From positions 27,174 through 91,173 of the forward strand of contig DAORXN010000007.1 of NCBI GenBank assembly GCA_035358955.1: a stretch of 64,000 nucleotides of DNA. Reading direction: 5' to 3'. The position numbers and the translations under genes are program-made. The notes beneath the pieces were generated by a model. That model worked only from the letters and a program-made list of their open reading frames with translations, was not told where the DNA came from and ran no database searches. Shown here piece by piece: positions 44,914 through 52,797 of this stretch; the first letter of the stretch is position 1, and each line of letters opens with the position of its first letter. The DNA is from Syntrophales bacterium. GTDB taxonomy: Bacteria > Desulfobacterota > Syntrophia > Syntrophales > UBA8958.

Positions 44914-46421
44914 TTTTGTTTACGGGGTGGAATGAGGAGTTCCACCCCCATCATTTTTACCCTCTCCCGGTCTATCCGGCCGTCTAAAGTTTTAGGCAAG
45001 GCGTCAATAAAGAGCACCCTTTGGGGTCTTTTGTAGCGGGCTATGCGACTGGCGACGTGCTCTATGAGCTTGCTTTCTTCCACTTGCCTTCCTTCTTTCA
45101 GGACACAGAGGGCGACAACTGCCTCGCCCCACTTTTCGTCCGGCACCCCGATGACACAGGCCTCTTTTACCGCCTCGTGGGAGAGAAGAACGGCCTCCAC
45201 TTCCCGGGGGTAGACGTTTTCTCCCCCCGTCTTGATGAGGTCTTTATCGGGCTTTCGCCCCCGGTAAAAGAGGGTGCCATCTTGTCCCATTTCACCCAAG
45301 TCTCCCGTATGGTGCCAGCCCCCGCGGAAGGTATAGGCCGAATCCCCCTTGAGACGCCAGTAGCCCTGGAAAACGGAAGGGGATCGCACGCATATCTCCC
45401 CCCTTTCGCCGGGGGAAAGGGGGCGATCTTCTTCGTCTCGAATGGAGATTTCTGTAAGCAGGGCAGGCTTTCCTATGGAGCCCCCTGCTTGGGTATAAAC
45501 ACCCCCGGAGATGGGCATGCATTCCGTTTGGCCGTAAATGTGGTAGAAAAGGGCTTGCGGGTGGGCGGAAAGAAACCGTTCGATATTCTCCGGACTGTCC
45601 ACCCCGCCCGCCAGGCGGAGGGAGGGGAGATGGCATCCCTGTCTTTCTGCTGCCTCGAGAATGGCGGAGAGCATGGGGGGAAACGTGATGAAGAAAGTTA
45701 ACTGTTCTTTTTCGATCATCTTCGGTACCGCTTCGGCGTCGAAGCGCCGGACGAGCATTGTGCTTCCGCCCACGAGGGTGGTAGCAAGGCTAAAGGCGAT
45801 CCCACCAATGTGGAAAAGGGGAAGCAGGCACAGATGACGGTCTTTTTCCGTAAGCGTAAGCAGATGAGCGATTTGCACGGCCGTGGAAATGAGGTTTTCC
45901 TGAGTCAGGACGGCCCCCCGGGGTTTTCCTCCCACCGCGGCCGTGTGGATGATGAGGCAGGGGGTGCCAGCAGGTGGAGGCGAGCTTGGGTCTGGGGGGA
46001 AGACTTGCGTAGAATACATCTCCTCGGTCCGGCGGACGGAGAGGCCCCTTATGGCTTTGGCTACCCTCTTTGCCTCATCGAAGTAGTGGGCCGAAGCGCA
46101 GAGCAAAGAAGGTCGCGTATCTTTCAGCAGATGGGCCTTCTCTCCCTCGCTTAAGCGCGTATTCAATGGCACCACCACAGCGCCTAACTGGGAGGCGGCA
46201 AAAAGGCCAAAAAGGATATCTAAGCCATCATCGGTTAGGAGGGCGATGCGATCGCCTGACTTAATCCCCTCCAGGGATAAGGTATGGGCCAGGGCGGAGG
46301 AGCGCGGCAACAGATTCCCGTAAGAGTATCTCTTTTCTTCCGCGATCAGGGCCTCTGCATTCCCGTAGAGGTAGGCGTTTCTCTTAAGAAGTGAGCAGAG
46401 GTTAAACGAAATCGCCATCAT
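44910..46421 (-). CDS. AMP-dependent synthetase/ligase (acyl-CoA or aryl-CoA ligase)
   Basis: 503 aa. ANL-superfamily motifs (..YGQTE.., [32 protein letters not shown]-terminal ..RYKRPQ..LPKT..GRIDR). Confidence 0.85.
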   Translation of the reverse strand: MMAISFNLCSLLKRNAYLYGNAEALIAEEKRYSYGNLLPRSSALAHTLSLEGIKSGDRIALLTDDGLDILFGLFAASQLGAVVVPLNTRLSEGEKAHLLKDTRPSLLCASAHYFDEAKRVAKAIRGLSVRRTEEMYSTQVFPPDPSSPPPAGTPCLIIHTAAVGGKPRGAVLTQENLISTAVQIAHLLTLTEKDRHLCLLPLFHIGGIAFSLATTLVGGSTMLVRRFDAEAVPKMIEKEQLTFFITFPPMLSAILEAAERQGCHLPSLRLAGGVDSPENIERFLSAHPQALFYHIYGQTECMPISGGVYTQAGGSIGKPALLTEISIRDEEDRPLSPGERGEICVRSPSVFQGYWRLKGDSAYTFRGGWHHTGDLGEMGQDGTLFYRGRKPDKDLIKTGGENVYPREVEAVLLSHEAVKEACVIGVPDEKWGEAVVALCVLKEGRQVEESKLIEHVASRIARYKRPQRVLFIDALPKTLDGRIDRERVKMMGVELLIPPRKQN

Positions 46422-47176
46422 GCCCCCTTTTTCCCCTGGTCGGCCACGGCCTGGATGGCCGCCTTCAGCCTGTTTTCGTCGGCGAGATAGTAATGCCTGA
46501 TGGGGGTGAGGTCATCGTTCAATTCGTAAACGAGGGGAATACCCGTGGGGATATTTAGCTCCACGATCTCTTCATCGGATATACCATCTATGTACTTGAC
46601 CAGGGCCCGGAGGCTGTTGCCGTGGGCGACGATGATTACGCGCTTACCCGATCTAACCACCGGGGCAATGGCCTCATGCCAGCAGGGCATGAAACGGGCA
46701 ATGGTATCTTTCAGGGATTCCGTAAGGGGGAGGTCCTTTTCCGAGAGGCCTCGATATTTTAATTCGTGGCCGGGATAACGGGCATCTTCTTTGGAGAGGG
46801 CAGGTGGTCGTATGTCGAATCCCCGGCGCCACAGCTTTACCTGATCTTCTCCGTATTTTGCGGCCATTTCCGCCTTGTTCAACCCCTGGAGGGCACCGTA
46901 ATGCCTTTCGTTTAAGCGCCAATCTTTGACCACCGGAATCCATTCCAGGTCCATCTCTTCCAGGATGATGTTCAACGTTCTGATGGCCCGCTTCAAGACC
47001 GAAGTAAAGGCAAGGTCGAAGATGTAACCTTCTTTTTTCAAAATGCGCCCCGCCTCCCTGGCCTCGGCGATGCCCTTTTCGGACAGATCCACATCGGTCC
47101 AGCCGGTAAAACGGTTCTCCTTGTTCCATGTGCTTTCCCCATGTCTTACCAGAACGAGTTTCTTCATCGTTTTCAC
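46418..47176 (-). CDS. gpmA: 2,3-bisphosphoglycerate-dependent phosphoglycerate mutase
   Basis: 252 aa. [10 protein letters not shown] catalytic-His motif and AHGNSLRAL. Confidence 0.95.
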   Translation of the reverse strand: MKTMKKLVLVRHGESTWNKENRFTGWTDVDLSEKGIAEAREAGRILKKEGYIFDLAFTSVLKRAIRTLNIILEEMDLEWIPVVKDWRLNERHYGALQGLNKAEMAAKYGEDQVKLWRRGFDIRPPALSKEDARYPGHELKYRGLSEKDLPLTESLKDTIARFMPCWHEAIAPVVRSGKRVIIVAHGNSLRALVKYIDGISDEEIVELNIPTGIPLVYELNDDLTPIRHYYLADENRLKAAIQAVADQGKKGA

Positions 47177-47366
47177 CCCATCTGTTGGTTCACGAAAGGG
47201 ATATAACGCTTGGGAGGGCCGGTCAAGGGCAAATTTGGTGTATTGACATTTTTCTCGTAGTAATTCATGCTGATAAAAAAATAAGGGTGATGAGGTTCGC
47301 CCGAACCGCCCGCCTTTCGCATGCCGGGCTGATAACCTCTACTTCGTTGAAGGAGGTTTTTAGCCG

Positions 47367-48077
47367 ATGGAATCGGAGGCGCGGTCAATGTTTCATCCCT
47401 CACCGGGAGAAATCCACTATATCTGGTGGTATATCCAAGGTAGCATCATGAACCCCGAGGTACGAAGGACCCTGCGTCGTGCCTGGGGTATGTGCGAGAG
47501 GCATGCCTGGCTTGCCCTTTCGATCGAAGCGTCTCTTCGGCACTCCTTCCTCATGGGACCGGCCATTGTCTATGCAGAACTGATGGAGAAAGCAGCCCAG
47601 ATTATGATGGAGCAAGGCCCTTTGAGTGGCTTGAGGCGTATGACAATCCTTCGTGCCCGCGGCATGTGTCTCATGTGTGAGATGGGATTGGGACCCCATT
47701 CGCGGGGGTTTGCCTCGCCGGAGGTGGTCGATCGGGCGAAGGATGTAAGGGAACTAAAGAAATTCGCCGAGATGACCCGCCCCTTCTGGGAGGAGACGGT
47801 GTGCGGTGTATGCGAAGGAACCCATAGGAAGGCAAGGTGCCGACCACATTTGGTGGAAGATCTCACCAAGGGGAGAAAGGTTGATTTGAGCGTGCAGAGG
47901 GCTCTCGTAAAGTCGATTAGCGATCGCCTCAACGTTTATTCCCACGCCTTTGTTTGGGAACACCGGGGTACCGATACGGTGGCAGACCGGGCGGCCCTGG
48001 TCAGTGCCGTGGGGTGGTGTAGCGGCTGGCGACCTCTTATCCGGCTTGTTTACGAGAGCAAGGATGAGAGGAGCTGA
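47367..48077 (+). CDS. Cys-rich hypothetical protein (two CxxC pairs plus a C-E-R-H-A-W motif)
   Basis: 236 aa. GGAGG RBS 10 nt upstream. Motifs AWGMCERHAW, GMCLMCEMG, VCGVCEG..ARC. I cannot assign a family. The 3' end overlaps the convergent gene by 28 nt. Confidence 0.5.
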   Translation: MESEARSMFHPSPGEIHYIWWYIQGSIMNPEVRRTLRRAWGMCERHAWLALSIEASLRHSFLMGPAIVYAELMEKAAQIMMEQGPLSGLRRMTILRARGMCLMCEMGLGPHSRGFASPEVVDRAKDVRELKKFAEMTRPFWEETVCGVCEGTHRKARCRPHLVEDLTKGRKVDLSVQRALVKSISDRLNVYSHAFVWEHRGTDTVADRAALVSAVGWCSGWRPLIRLVYESKDERS

Positions 48078-48898
48078 AAAGAGGCAAGGGCGAGATAGGT
48101 GTTCTCCAGGGTGGCAATGCCCGTATGGGTGGTTCGGGCGTAGCCCCCATTTATCCGGCGACAGGCAAGAAGAAAGTCTCGGATGACCTTAGGGTAGGTG
48201 GGTGGTGCCGAAAGGAGGCCCGATAGCTCCAAACCGGCATGAATATGCTCTAAATAGGAGAATTGGTTCCCCGGTAGGTTAACAAAACCGTGCCCCTCAT
48301 CTTCACAATGGCGTAAGAAGCGGTATATCTTTTGTAAGTCGACTAGTGCGCCCAGGTATTGGAGGATAAAGACGGCATCCCTCGTTTCCATGAGGGTGGA
48401 TCTTGCGTGTCCAAAGCCACCATCTCCCCTTTGATGTGAGGTCACGAACGATAGAAGGTCCCTCTTTTTCTCTGGTGGAAGATTGACCTCGAGCCACCGA
48501 TGGAGTTTTGTCAGGTGGTAGAGTTGTGCGAAGATGGAAGCACTGCCAGGTGGCAAAAGGGAGATATCGTATGTCCGGGTGTGGGCTATGAGGTAATCCC
48601 GGGGATCGAAGAGGGGAGGTGCATTTAATAGGCGAAGCCCCCCGATGGCAAAAAAGGCCTGGAAGATACTCTCATATGACCCGTCCCTTTTTTGCCTTGA
48701 CCGGAGGAAAGCGAGGGTATCTTCATCAGGAGATAAGCTACCAACCAGGTTAAGTGAGGCCAGGGCGAAGTAAGTGTCGGCCAAATTGGGCTCCTCCAGC
48801 CTATAGAAGCAATAGCCACCGGCCTGGCAACGCCTCATCTTTAGGTAATTGATCGTAGATGGTAGGTCCAGGATCCCAAAAGAAACGGAGGGCTTCAT
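48050..48898 (-). CDS. Prenyltransferase / squalene-oxidase-repeat (alpha/alpha toroid) protein
   Basis: 282 aa with repeated ..GG(Y/F)...xxxTYxALxxLxLL.. units (QAGGYCFY..TYFALASLNLV; RDGSYES; GDGGFGH..RDAVFILQYL; INGGYAR..TYLALASFQLL) typical of prenyltransferase beta-subunit-like repeats. Lies 8 nt downstream of the dynamin-like gene. Confidence 0.6.
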   Translation of the reverse strand: MKPSVSFGILDLPSTINYLKMRRCQAGGYCFYRLEEPNLADTYFALASLNLVGSLSPDEDTLAFLRSRQKRDGSYESIFQAFFAIGGLRLLNAPPLFDPRDYLIAHTRTYDISLLPPGSASIFAQLYHLTKLHRWLEVNLPPEKKRDLLSFVTSHQRGDGGFGHARSTLMETRDAVFILQYLGALVDLQKIYRFLRHCEDEGHGFVNLPGNQFSYLEHIHAGLELSGLLSAPPTYPKVIRDFLLACRRINGGYARTTHTGIATLENTYLALASFQLLSSLLS

Positions 48899-48906
48899 AA
48901 CAATAG

Positions 48907-50565
48907 TTAAGCTTTGCTTATGGCGTCCAGGGCTTCTTCCAGTTTGCTCATCATCCCGGCAATTTCTTCCGATTGCCCTTGGGTTTGGGAGAGGAGGGAT
49001 TCGATGGTCTGGATCTCCTCCCTAATGTAACGGGAAGCTTGCTTTCGCATGTCTTCTATGGTCCGGTTGATGCTCATCTCCCATTGCGCTCCCAGTCGGG
49101 AGAAGTTTACGAATACCTCTCGGTAGACGAGCCGCAAGAAGTGGCGCTCGAAAAGGGGGCGGAAGATGAACATGGGGATGATAAACCACAGAAGATCGAA
49201 GTGGAACTCGAAGACGTGCCCTACTCGGATATCGGGGCGGGCGGGTTCAATGACCTCAATTTTCCACTCCGGAGGGGTCATTTTCACCCCCAGGACGCGT
49301 TCCATATTCATGCCGATCATGGTCCTGAAGGTCTCGAGATAACGTTCGAGGGCTGCCTGAGCCTTGATCAGGGTACCGAAGAAGTGCTTTCTTTCCCGAA
49401 ATGAGATGGCATCTATCTCCGAAAACAGGTTCTGTTCCATCCATTCTTCATACTTGCGCGTAAGCTGCCAGAGATTGCCCCGCCAGGTGGACATGTCCCT
49501 TTTTAGATCTTCCCTTAATTTTTCCGCCATGGGGGCTCGGAAGGCCTCGAGGTGTTTTTCTATGTGCGTTCTCGTATGGATGGCCTGGGCCCGCGTGAGG
49601 ACAATGAGTTCTTCCTCAATCTGGGCGAGGTTGGATTTTTCCCCCAAGATCTGGGCCCGCAAGTTTTCCCTATCCGAGTCTACCTGACGGGACGTCCGTA
49701 AGGCAACCTCGAGATAATCACGGGTGGCATGGGCCAGGGATTTTATCTTGTGTTTTACAATGCTCCGAAATTCACGGTCTCTATTTGTCGTAAGGGGGAG
49801 GAGGAGTTCCATATCCAGGCGGTGCTTGAATTTTTCCATGCCTTCCCGGTTGGAATAAAGAAAGATGGGGAATTCCCGATTTAGCTCTCGATTTAAGGTT
49901 TCCTGAAAGAATTTGATGATTTCCTGCCTCTGCTCCGGCGTTATGAGATCCACTTTAGTAATCATGAGGACGATGCGAGGGGTATAGCGGAGGAGTTCCC
50001 TGATCAACTGCACATCATTTTCCGCCAAGGGGCGCTCGGCACTAACGGCGAGGATAGCCGCCCCTACTTCAGGGAGCCACTGTTCGGAGGTTTCCATGTG
50101 GTATTTGAAAACACTCCCCAGCCCCGGCGTATCTACGAAACGCAATCCTTCGTAGTCATCGAGGGAAGGAAGTTCAATGTCCACGACGGCTACATCTTTC
50201 TTGTTGGCGGGGTTCTTCGCCTCTGATGTGAACTCCTCAAGGCGCTCTAAGGGAATTTCTTCTTGGGTGCCGTCGAAGTGGGTGACGATAGCCTTTTCCC
50301 TTTCTCCGTATTTAAGCCTGGTTATGACCGTAGTAACGGGAATAACGCCGACGGGAAGGAGCCTCCGCCCGATGAGGCTATTGATAAACGAGCTCTTACC
50401 TGCCTTGAATTGTCCCAATATGGCCACGTCAATGAGGGGCGATTGCCCCACCAGACGGTCGGCCACTTGAAGTTCTCTTTTAAGAGACACCAAATTAAGG
50501 CGCTCCGTGGCCTGATGGACGATTCTCAACACACAATCGGCCGGGGTAAGGTTATCTGTTGGCAT
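48907..50565 (-). CDS. Bacterial dynamin-like GTPase
   Basis: P-loop GQFKAGKSSFINSL, G3 FVDTPGLGS, G4 TKVD, then a long helical stalk. The ATG at 50565 has AAGGAG 7 nt upstream; the track used the TTG at 50571. Confidence 0.85.
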   Translation of the reverse strand: MPTDNLTPADCVLRIVHQATERLNLVSLKRELQVADRLVGQSPLIDVAILGQFKAGKSSFINSLIGRRLLPVGVIPVTTVITRLKYGEREKAIVTHFDGTQEEIPLERLEEFTSEAKNPANKKDVAVVDIELPSLDDYEGLRFVDTPGLGSVFKYHMETSEQWLPEVGAAILAVSAERPLAENDVQLIRELLRYTPRIVLMITKVDLITPEQRQEIIKFFQETLNRELNREFPIFLYSNREGMEKFKHRLDMELLLPLTTNRDREFRSIVKHKIKSLAHATRDYLEVALRTSRQVDSDRENLRAQILGEKSNLAQIEEELIVLTRAQAIHTRTHIEKHLEAFRAPMAEKLREDLKRDMSTWRGNLWQLTRKYEEWMEQNLFSEIDAISFRERKHFFGTLIKAQAALERYLETFRTMIGMNMERVLGVKMTPPEWKIEVIEPARPDIRVGHVFEFHFDLLWFIIPMFIFRPLFERHFLRLVYREVFVNFSRLGAQWEMSINRTIEDMRKQASRYIREEIQTIESLLSQTQGQSEEIAGMMSKLEEALDAISKA

Positions 50566-50580
50566 ATCCAAGCTCCTTGC

Positions 50581-50613
50581 AAAAAAAAACTCCTGCCGAT
50601 TTTATTGCAGGAG
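50581..50613 (-). terminator. Intrinsic terminator forming the expression platform of riboswitch copy 1
   Basis: Minus strand: (A)CUCCUGC-AAUAAAAUCG-GCAGGAG(U) followed by U9 (plus-strand A run 50581-50589). The 5' arm is shared with the 3' pseudoknot strand of the aptamer. Confidence 0.75.
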
Positions 50614-50660
50614 TCATCAGCCCTCGCGGGCAATTCTTTGCGGTGAACTCCATCACCTAT
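50605..50660 (-). ncRNA. Fluoride riboswitch (crcB motif), copy 1
   Basis: Minus strand: AGGUGAUGGAGUUCACC-GCAAAGAAUU-GCCC-GCGA-GGGC-UGAUGACUCCUGC. This matches the crcB-motif core as I recall it: a GGnGAUGGnGUUCnCC hairpin, an A-rich joiner, a short GC stem, and a GGCUGAUGAnnCC tail whose CUCC pairs with the loop GGAG. Confidence 0.8.
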
Positions 50661-50667
50661 GTCATTA

Positions 50668-50698
50668 CTTATAAATCACATGACTTTGATTTTGTCAA
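50668..50698 (-). promoter_or_regulatory. Candidate sigma-70 promoter for riboswitch copy 1 and the dynamin-like operon
   Basis: Minus-strand TTGACA (50698-50693), an 18-nt spacer, then TTATAA (50674-50669). The aptamer begins about 10 nt downstream. Confidence 0.5.
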
Positions 50699-50824
50699 GT
50701 CAAAAAAAGAGACCGGGGCAAGGTATGGAACCCCCTTTTGTTAGCAGGGTCTTTTAATGCCCTCCAGAAATTTGCGCGGGCCTTAAATATTGACCCCCAA
50801 CGGGCGACATGGTAGCTTTTAAAC

Positions 50825-51460
50825 ATGTGTGGACGATTTGTGCTCCTTTCTAACCTCTCTCGCATTGAAGACCATTTCGGCCTACGTGATATACCTGCCT
50901 CTTTCAGCCGAGGGAATAACGTCTCCCCCGGCGAAAAAATCCTGGCCGTGCGTTGCCACGAAGGGAGGCGTGAAGCCGCGGTTTTCCGGTGGGGATTCGT
51001 GCCTTCCTGGATGAAGGAGATGCCGAAGGGAGGGGGATTTATAAATGCCAGGGCCGAGTCTATTGCGTTCAAGGCGACCTTTCGGGAGGCCTTTCGTAAG
51101 AGGCGATGCCTTATCGTGGCGGACGGTTTTTACGAATGGCAGAAGTTAGCAAACGGTAGCAGGAAACCCTGGTTCTTTTACCTTCCATCTCGGGTTCCTT
51201 TCGCCTTGGCCGGGCTCTTTGAAACTTGGGTTTCCCCCAGAGGTGAAGCTGTAAGTACTTGCGCTATCATCACCACCCAGGCAAACGAGCTTATTTCCCC
51301 CATCCACGAGCGCATGCCGGTCATAATTGCGCCCCAATATTACGATTTTTGGTTAGGATTGGAAAGCGGCGATTGGGAAGGGTTAGCTGACCTTCTTTGC
51401 CCCTATCCCGCAACAGAAATGATGAGCCGGGCTGAGTTTCCCGTTTTGCGCATTCTTTAA
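50825..51460 (+). CDS. SOS-response-associated peptidase (SRAP / YedK-like abasic-site processing protein)
   Basis: 211 aa. N-terminal MCGRF with catalytic Cys2, and the conserved ..RWGFVPSW.. and ..CLIVADGFYEW.. segments. Confidence 0.9.
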   Translation: MCGRFVLLSNLSRIEDHFGLRDIPASFSRGNNVSPGEKILAVRCHEGRREAAVFRWGFVPSWMKEMPKGGGFINARAESIAFKATFREAFRKRRCLIVADGFYEWQKLANGSRKPWFFYLPSRVPFALAGLFETWVSPRGEAVSTCAIITTQANELISPIHERMPVIIAPQYYDFWLGLESGDWEGLADLLCPYPATEMMSRAEFPVLRIL

Positions 51461-52659
51461 AGTTTGTTCAAAATATCCTTTTCATCTGGGGCTTGGTCAT
51501 CCAGGATAGGTTCTTCCATGAGATGGACGGGGAGAAAGCATTTATTGGCCACCAGCGTAGGAACGATGGCGCTTAGGATAACTACGGCCACCAGCAATGA
51601 ATATTGGGCCTTCGTGACGATATTTTTTTGTAGCCCGAAGAGGGCAGAAATGGTTCCGAAGGTGAGTCCCGTACTCATGAGGAGCGTATAGTACCACTTT
51701 TCTTTTCCGTTATCTCGGAATTGTTTTATGGCAGGGTAAAGGCCAAAAATCTTGAAGGAAAGCTTTCCTGCCAACAGAAGGGTAAAAGATACAACGCCAG
51801 AAATCACCGCAGGAAGATAAACGAGGGCACCGGCTCTAAGAAAGTAGAGCGGAGTGAGAAATCCAATAGTCAGGGTCCTTAATCGGCGTACGAAATGGCC
51901 GTCTGACTCCATTATGCTGCTTAAGGTCATACCCATAATGTAGGCGGGTAGCACCGGTTCACTTCCCGACCAGTAAGCAAGCGTGCCCAAGCTGAGAAGG
52001 CAGAATATTACCCACTTGGCCCGGATTGCAGCGTTACGATAGGCGAAGTGGTGGATGATAAGCTTCGTGATAGTGGGAAGGAAGAAAATCACTGCTCCGG
52101 TGACGATGATGAAGATAAGTGTTTTGATGGTGAAAGGCACAAAAATGAGCCCCAGAGCAATTACGGTGCCCAGGTCGTTGATGAAGCATGCCCCTAAGAT
52201 CCCTTTGCCGAATTCCGTTTTGTTGAAACCGTATTCTAACATAACGGTGTATACGACGGCCATAGAAGTCGTAGAGAGGGCGATGCCGCCAAGAAGACTG
52301 GCCCTTATGTCCCAACCCAATAAGTAATAAGCTATAAGGAAGCATCCCGCAAATGGTGCTGCGAAGCCAATAAATCCGACGACGGTTACTTCCTTGGCTT
52401 TTTCTTTCATCATATCGAAATTGAGTTCGGCACCAGCGAGGAAGGTAAGGAGAATGGCACCCATTCCGGTACAAAAGGTCATCCATTGGTCATTTAATGC
52501 CAGTTGATCAAAGAATCCCAACTTAACGGCAAAGAAGCTTATAGATACCCCCACGATGATTTCCGTAAGGGACACGGATATTCTAAGGCGATTAGCTATG
52601 ATAGTGGAAATTACAGCGGCCAAGAACCAAAAAGATGCTACTGTATATACATTAGCCAT
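51457..52659 (-). CDS. Cation:proton antiporter (Na+/H+ exchanger family, CPA-type)
   Basis: About 400 aa and polytopic. ..LLTFLAGAELNF.. and ..ACFINDLGTV.. resemble Na_H_exchanger family motifs. The ATG at 52659 has AAGGAG 7 nt upstream; the track start at 52704 lies inside the riboswitch. Confidence 0.8.
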   Translation of the reverse strand: MANVYTVASFWFLAAVISTIIANRLRISVSLTEIIVGVSISFFAVKLGFFDQLALNDQWMTFCTGMGAILLTFLAGAELNFDMMKEKAKEVTVVGFIGFAAPFAGCFLIAYYLLGWDIRASLLGGIALSTTSMAVVYTVMLEYGFNKTEFGKGILGACFINDLGTVIALGLIFVPFTIKTLIFIIVTGAVIFFLPTITKLIIHHFAYRNAAIRAKWVIFCLLSLGTLAYWSGSEPVLPAYIMGMTLSSIMESDGHFVRRLRTLTIGFLTPLYFLRAGALVYLPAVISGVVSFTLLLAGKLSFKIFGLYPAIKQFRDNGKEKWYYTLLMSTGLTFGTISALFGLQKNIVTKAQYSLLVAVVILSAIVPTLVANKCFLPVHLMEEPILDDQAPDEKDILNKL

Positions 52660-52661
52660 GC

Positions 52662-52698
52662 GATGACTCCTTTTTGTGCTTAATGATAAGGAGTCATC
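52662..52698 (-). promoter_or_regulatory. Anti-Shine-Dalgarno expression platform of riboswitch copy 2
   Basis: The aptamer tail GAUGACUCCUU (52698-52688) is perfectly complementary over 11 nt to AAGGAGUCAUC (52672-52662), which contains the antiporter SD. A 15-nt loop separates them. Confidence 0.7.
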
Positions 52699-52736
52699 AG
52701 CCAAAAGGCGGTTTAAGAGGTGAACTCCATCACCTT
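52685..52736 (-). ncRNA. Fluoride riboswitch (crcB motif), copy 2
   Basis: Minus strand: AAGGUGAUGGAGUUCACC-UCUUAAACC-GCC-UUUU-GGC-UGAUGACUCCUUAUC. The 5' hairpin and 3' tail are identical to copy 1. The middle stem differs but stays complementary (GCC/GGC versus GCCC/GGGC). Confidence 0.85.
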
Positions 52737-52797
52737 GTCAAAAGTTATTCTTTTCGTACCAGTTGCGCTTTTAACTGTCAAAGGGAATTTGGAGTAA

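Noticed and set aside
47294-47307. GGTTCGCCCGAACC palindrome upstream of the Cys-rich gene, considered as a LexA or other operator.
   Set aside because: Its orientation is GTTC..GAAC with a 2-nt centre. That is neither the GAAC-N4-GTTC box seen at 54142-54155 nor the Geobacter-type GGTT-N10-ACC motif. It is short enough to be chance.
50581-50589. A9/T9 homopolymer next to the dynamin-like gene start, considered as a phase-variation tract.
   Set aside because: It lies outside the coding sequence. It is the U-tract of the riboswitch terminator hairpin.
50600-52745. Read on the + strand, the two similar ~55-nt segments (GGAGTCATCAGCC...GGTGAACTCCATCACC) first looked like a dispersed repeat, a MITE remnant or an unknown hairpin element.
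   Set aside because: On the minus strand both read as complete crcB-motif (fluoride riboswitch) aptamers. Each sits exactly in the 5' leader of a minus-strand gene with a sensible expression platform. No terminal inverted repeats or target-site duplications are visible.
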